The notes beneath the pieces were generated by a model. It was not told the DNA's origin. It did no database searches and saw only the letters and a program-made list of their open reading frames with translations. Shown here in pieces: positions 62,020 to 64,000 of a stretch of DNA of 64,000 nucleotides. The stretch's first letter is position 1, and every line of letters begins with the position of its first letter. Origin of the DNA: Basidiobolus meristosporus CBS 931.73 (lineage: Eukaryota; Fungi; Basidiobolomycota); the NCBI GenBank assembly GCA_002104905.1, contig MCFE01000146.1:62001-126000 (forward strand), read 5' to 3'. The position numbers and the translations under genes were made by a program.

Positions 62020-64000
62020 TTCACTTTAACAGTCCCTAAGTAGCAGTTGACTGGCTCACTGCCTTTTCTATCATATAATGATCCCAGGCACTTAACCTAC
62101 TCCTATGCTGTTGCACATTGATTGCTTATGAATGCTGTTTCATACTCCTTACCTGCAGACTCATGCGTGGTCTTACTTTTGCTACACACTGATTGTTTTA
62201 CATTCATTGAAATTCTAGTTATACCTCAGTTGTAAGTTGTACTAATCTTTACAAGTCCCTATACATTGTATCAATATTGTCCCCAACTCCACACTTTGCC
62301 TGCAATTCCCATCAAATTCACTCATTGTTAATTATTGCTATTGAACACACTTGTTGCATACCCTTGGTAAGAGCCCTGAAGCTTCATATTGTTATTTACT
62401 CACAGATTCCTATTCATCCTATCCTTTGTCTGGCAGAGAGACCTATGGCACTTCATCTGCTAGTCTTTCTAAGTAGATTCTAACAATGTTTAAGTGCATT
62501 ATCTTTAGTACTGTTGTTGAACAAGTGCAGCAACAACTTGGTGCTCATTCTTCTGTCACAAATCTCTAATATGGTCACCTCAATAACTTTTGGACTCCTT
62601 AATATTGTTTCTTTACTTGCCACTGGGATGCTTACCCTGTCTACAACATAGAAAGCAGAGACCATGGTAGAAGAAGTGCCTGCTTTAAATGCTAATTGAT
62701 CTCACTGTAGTTTGTTTAAATCCAGTGTACCTTAGCATCTTGTGAACTGTTGACTTAGTGATAGTTCCTCCCAGCAATGATGGGGATTGGGCTTGGCTTA
62801 AAATACCAATTTGATTGCTACAAAGTGCAGTTTTGTGTTAAACATTGCTCTCACAATCCATGCTGGACTTTTGCTCCTTTCTCTCCTAACTTAGTCACAT
62901 CAATTATTGTCTACAGATCTTAGAGAACTTTGACCAAGTTCCTTTTCTGGATTTACTTGCAATATTTGCACCATAACATCAGGTACCCAGTGTTGTAAAA
63001 GTTTGTAATTCCACATAAATACTCACCTAATTTAGTCTCTTAGAGCATTACCTACAAATCTAAGTGAATATTGACCAAATTCCTTGTTGGGATTTACTTG
63101 GAATACTTTTGCCAAAATATTAGGTACCCAACACATGAGAATTAAATAAGTTGTTCAAACAACTCCAAACTTTGCGCACATGCTCTTGGGATCTTCCTAG
63201 ACATATTCCATATGTGTCATTTCCTAAGATCATGCAAAAGTACAAGTATTACTTTTACTTTCAATAAATCATTAAATACAAACCATGTAATCTACCTGTT
63301 CCCCCAATCACCTCCAATATCAGTAAGACTTTGTTAAATTTAACTGCTATCTTACAGTTGCCATTCTAAACTGCAGGGATACTGCATATTTCATCTCAAG
63401 TATCTCATACTCTACCAGCACTCCCAACTTTTCTATAACCAAGCTGTTTCCTAGCTTCTCTGGCTCATTATATTTTCTTATCAGGCACTGACACAGTTGA
63501 CTAGTACTGTTTGGGCTTGAGCAATCATTGCTGTTCAAACAGTAGTAATGGTGTCATAATGATTTTTCATTGGTCATATACCATAAAATGTGCATTTGAT
63601 ATGTTCTTGTCTGCCTTGACATTGTGAGTAGCTTGCTGCTGTGCAGAATATGGCATTTACTTACTTATTTGTTGGCCTCAGCTGAACACATTAGTATCCA
63701 CCATGAGCACACTGCCACCATTGCTTTCTTGAGGTATAGCCCTACTGACTGAGCTTAGTGTCAAGGAAAGCTGCTGCTTGAGTACTATTTGGCTTATCTC
63801 TGTTGTAGCATTAATAAGGGATCACAGGACTTTGCTTTTGATTGCTTATGTTGTATCCTAGAGAAAAGTGTAATAAACTCTTGAATGGTTTAGCTGAACC
63901 AAAGGGACAATTAAGGGCAGAATCTTATAATTAGCAGAGAGTGGTGGAAGTATTAGCCAAAAGATTCTTGTCTGATACTGGTCTGGGATATGGCTGTCAA
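62020..64000 (+). pseudogene. Degenerate EnSpm-like copy running off the window, interrupted by Copia LTR sequence
   Basis: 62,220-62,300 is the reverse complement of ~48,870-48,960; 63,860-64,000 is the reverse complement of 46,880-46,985. CpG-depleted. Confidence 0.6.
62991..63338 (+). mobile_element. Copia-family LTR (solo, diverged, decayed 3' end)
   Basis: TGTTGTAAAAGTTTGTAATTCCAC start; collinear with 41,994-42,342; no PBS follows. Confidence 0.85.

Noticed and set aside
1-64000. tRNA, rRNA, snRNA or prokaryotic defence systems
   Set aside because: No cloverleaf/box A-B pattern, rRNA signature, operon structure or cas-like ORF was recognisable by eye; a tRNAscan/Infernal run would be needed to exclude small RNAs.

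Overview
Eukaryotic, almost certainly fungal, genomic DNA; the 60-65 bp introns, a CTAAC branch site, a fungal-type Copia PBS and chromoviral Gypsy suggest a possibly early-diverging fungus (inference). About 50 kb (1-~50,200) plus the last ~2 kb (~62,000-64,000) is a nested, decayed transposon field almost devoid of CpG. It holds three Ty3/Gypsy LTR families (a chromovirus with ~520 bp LTRs, family B with ~345-370 bp LTRs, family D with ~1.1 kb LTRs) and one Ty1/Copia family (one complete 4.7 kb copy). It also holds many fragments of a CMC/EnSpm (CACTA-like) transposase gene, a two-gene PHIS (Harbinger/ISL2EU-like) DNA transposon, and two copies of a ~730 bp near-perfect foldback element that shares that transposon's terminus. 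Between ~50,220 and ~62,000 lies a CpG-intact host island with a 4-finger C2H2 transcription factor gene, a 3-exon type-I membrane protein gene and unidentified ORF/splice-like relics. No tRNA, rRNA or CRISPR array was seen. All alignments and coordinates were done by eye, so fragment edges are approximate unless a TSD or terminal motif is quoted. I cannot establish novelty without databases. The best candidates are the foldback/PHIS pair with its unrecognised second gene, and an LTR family that appears to insert at CpG-centred 4-bp sites.
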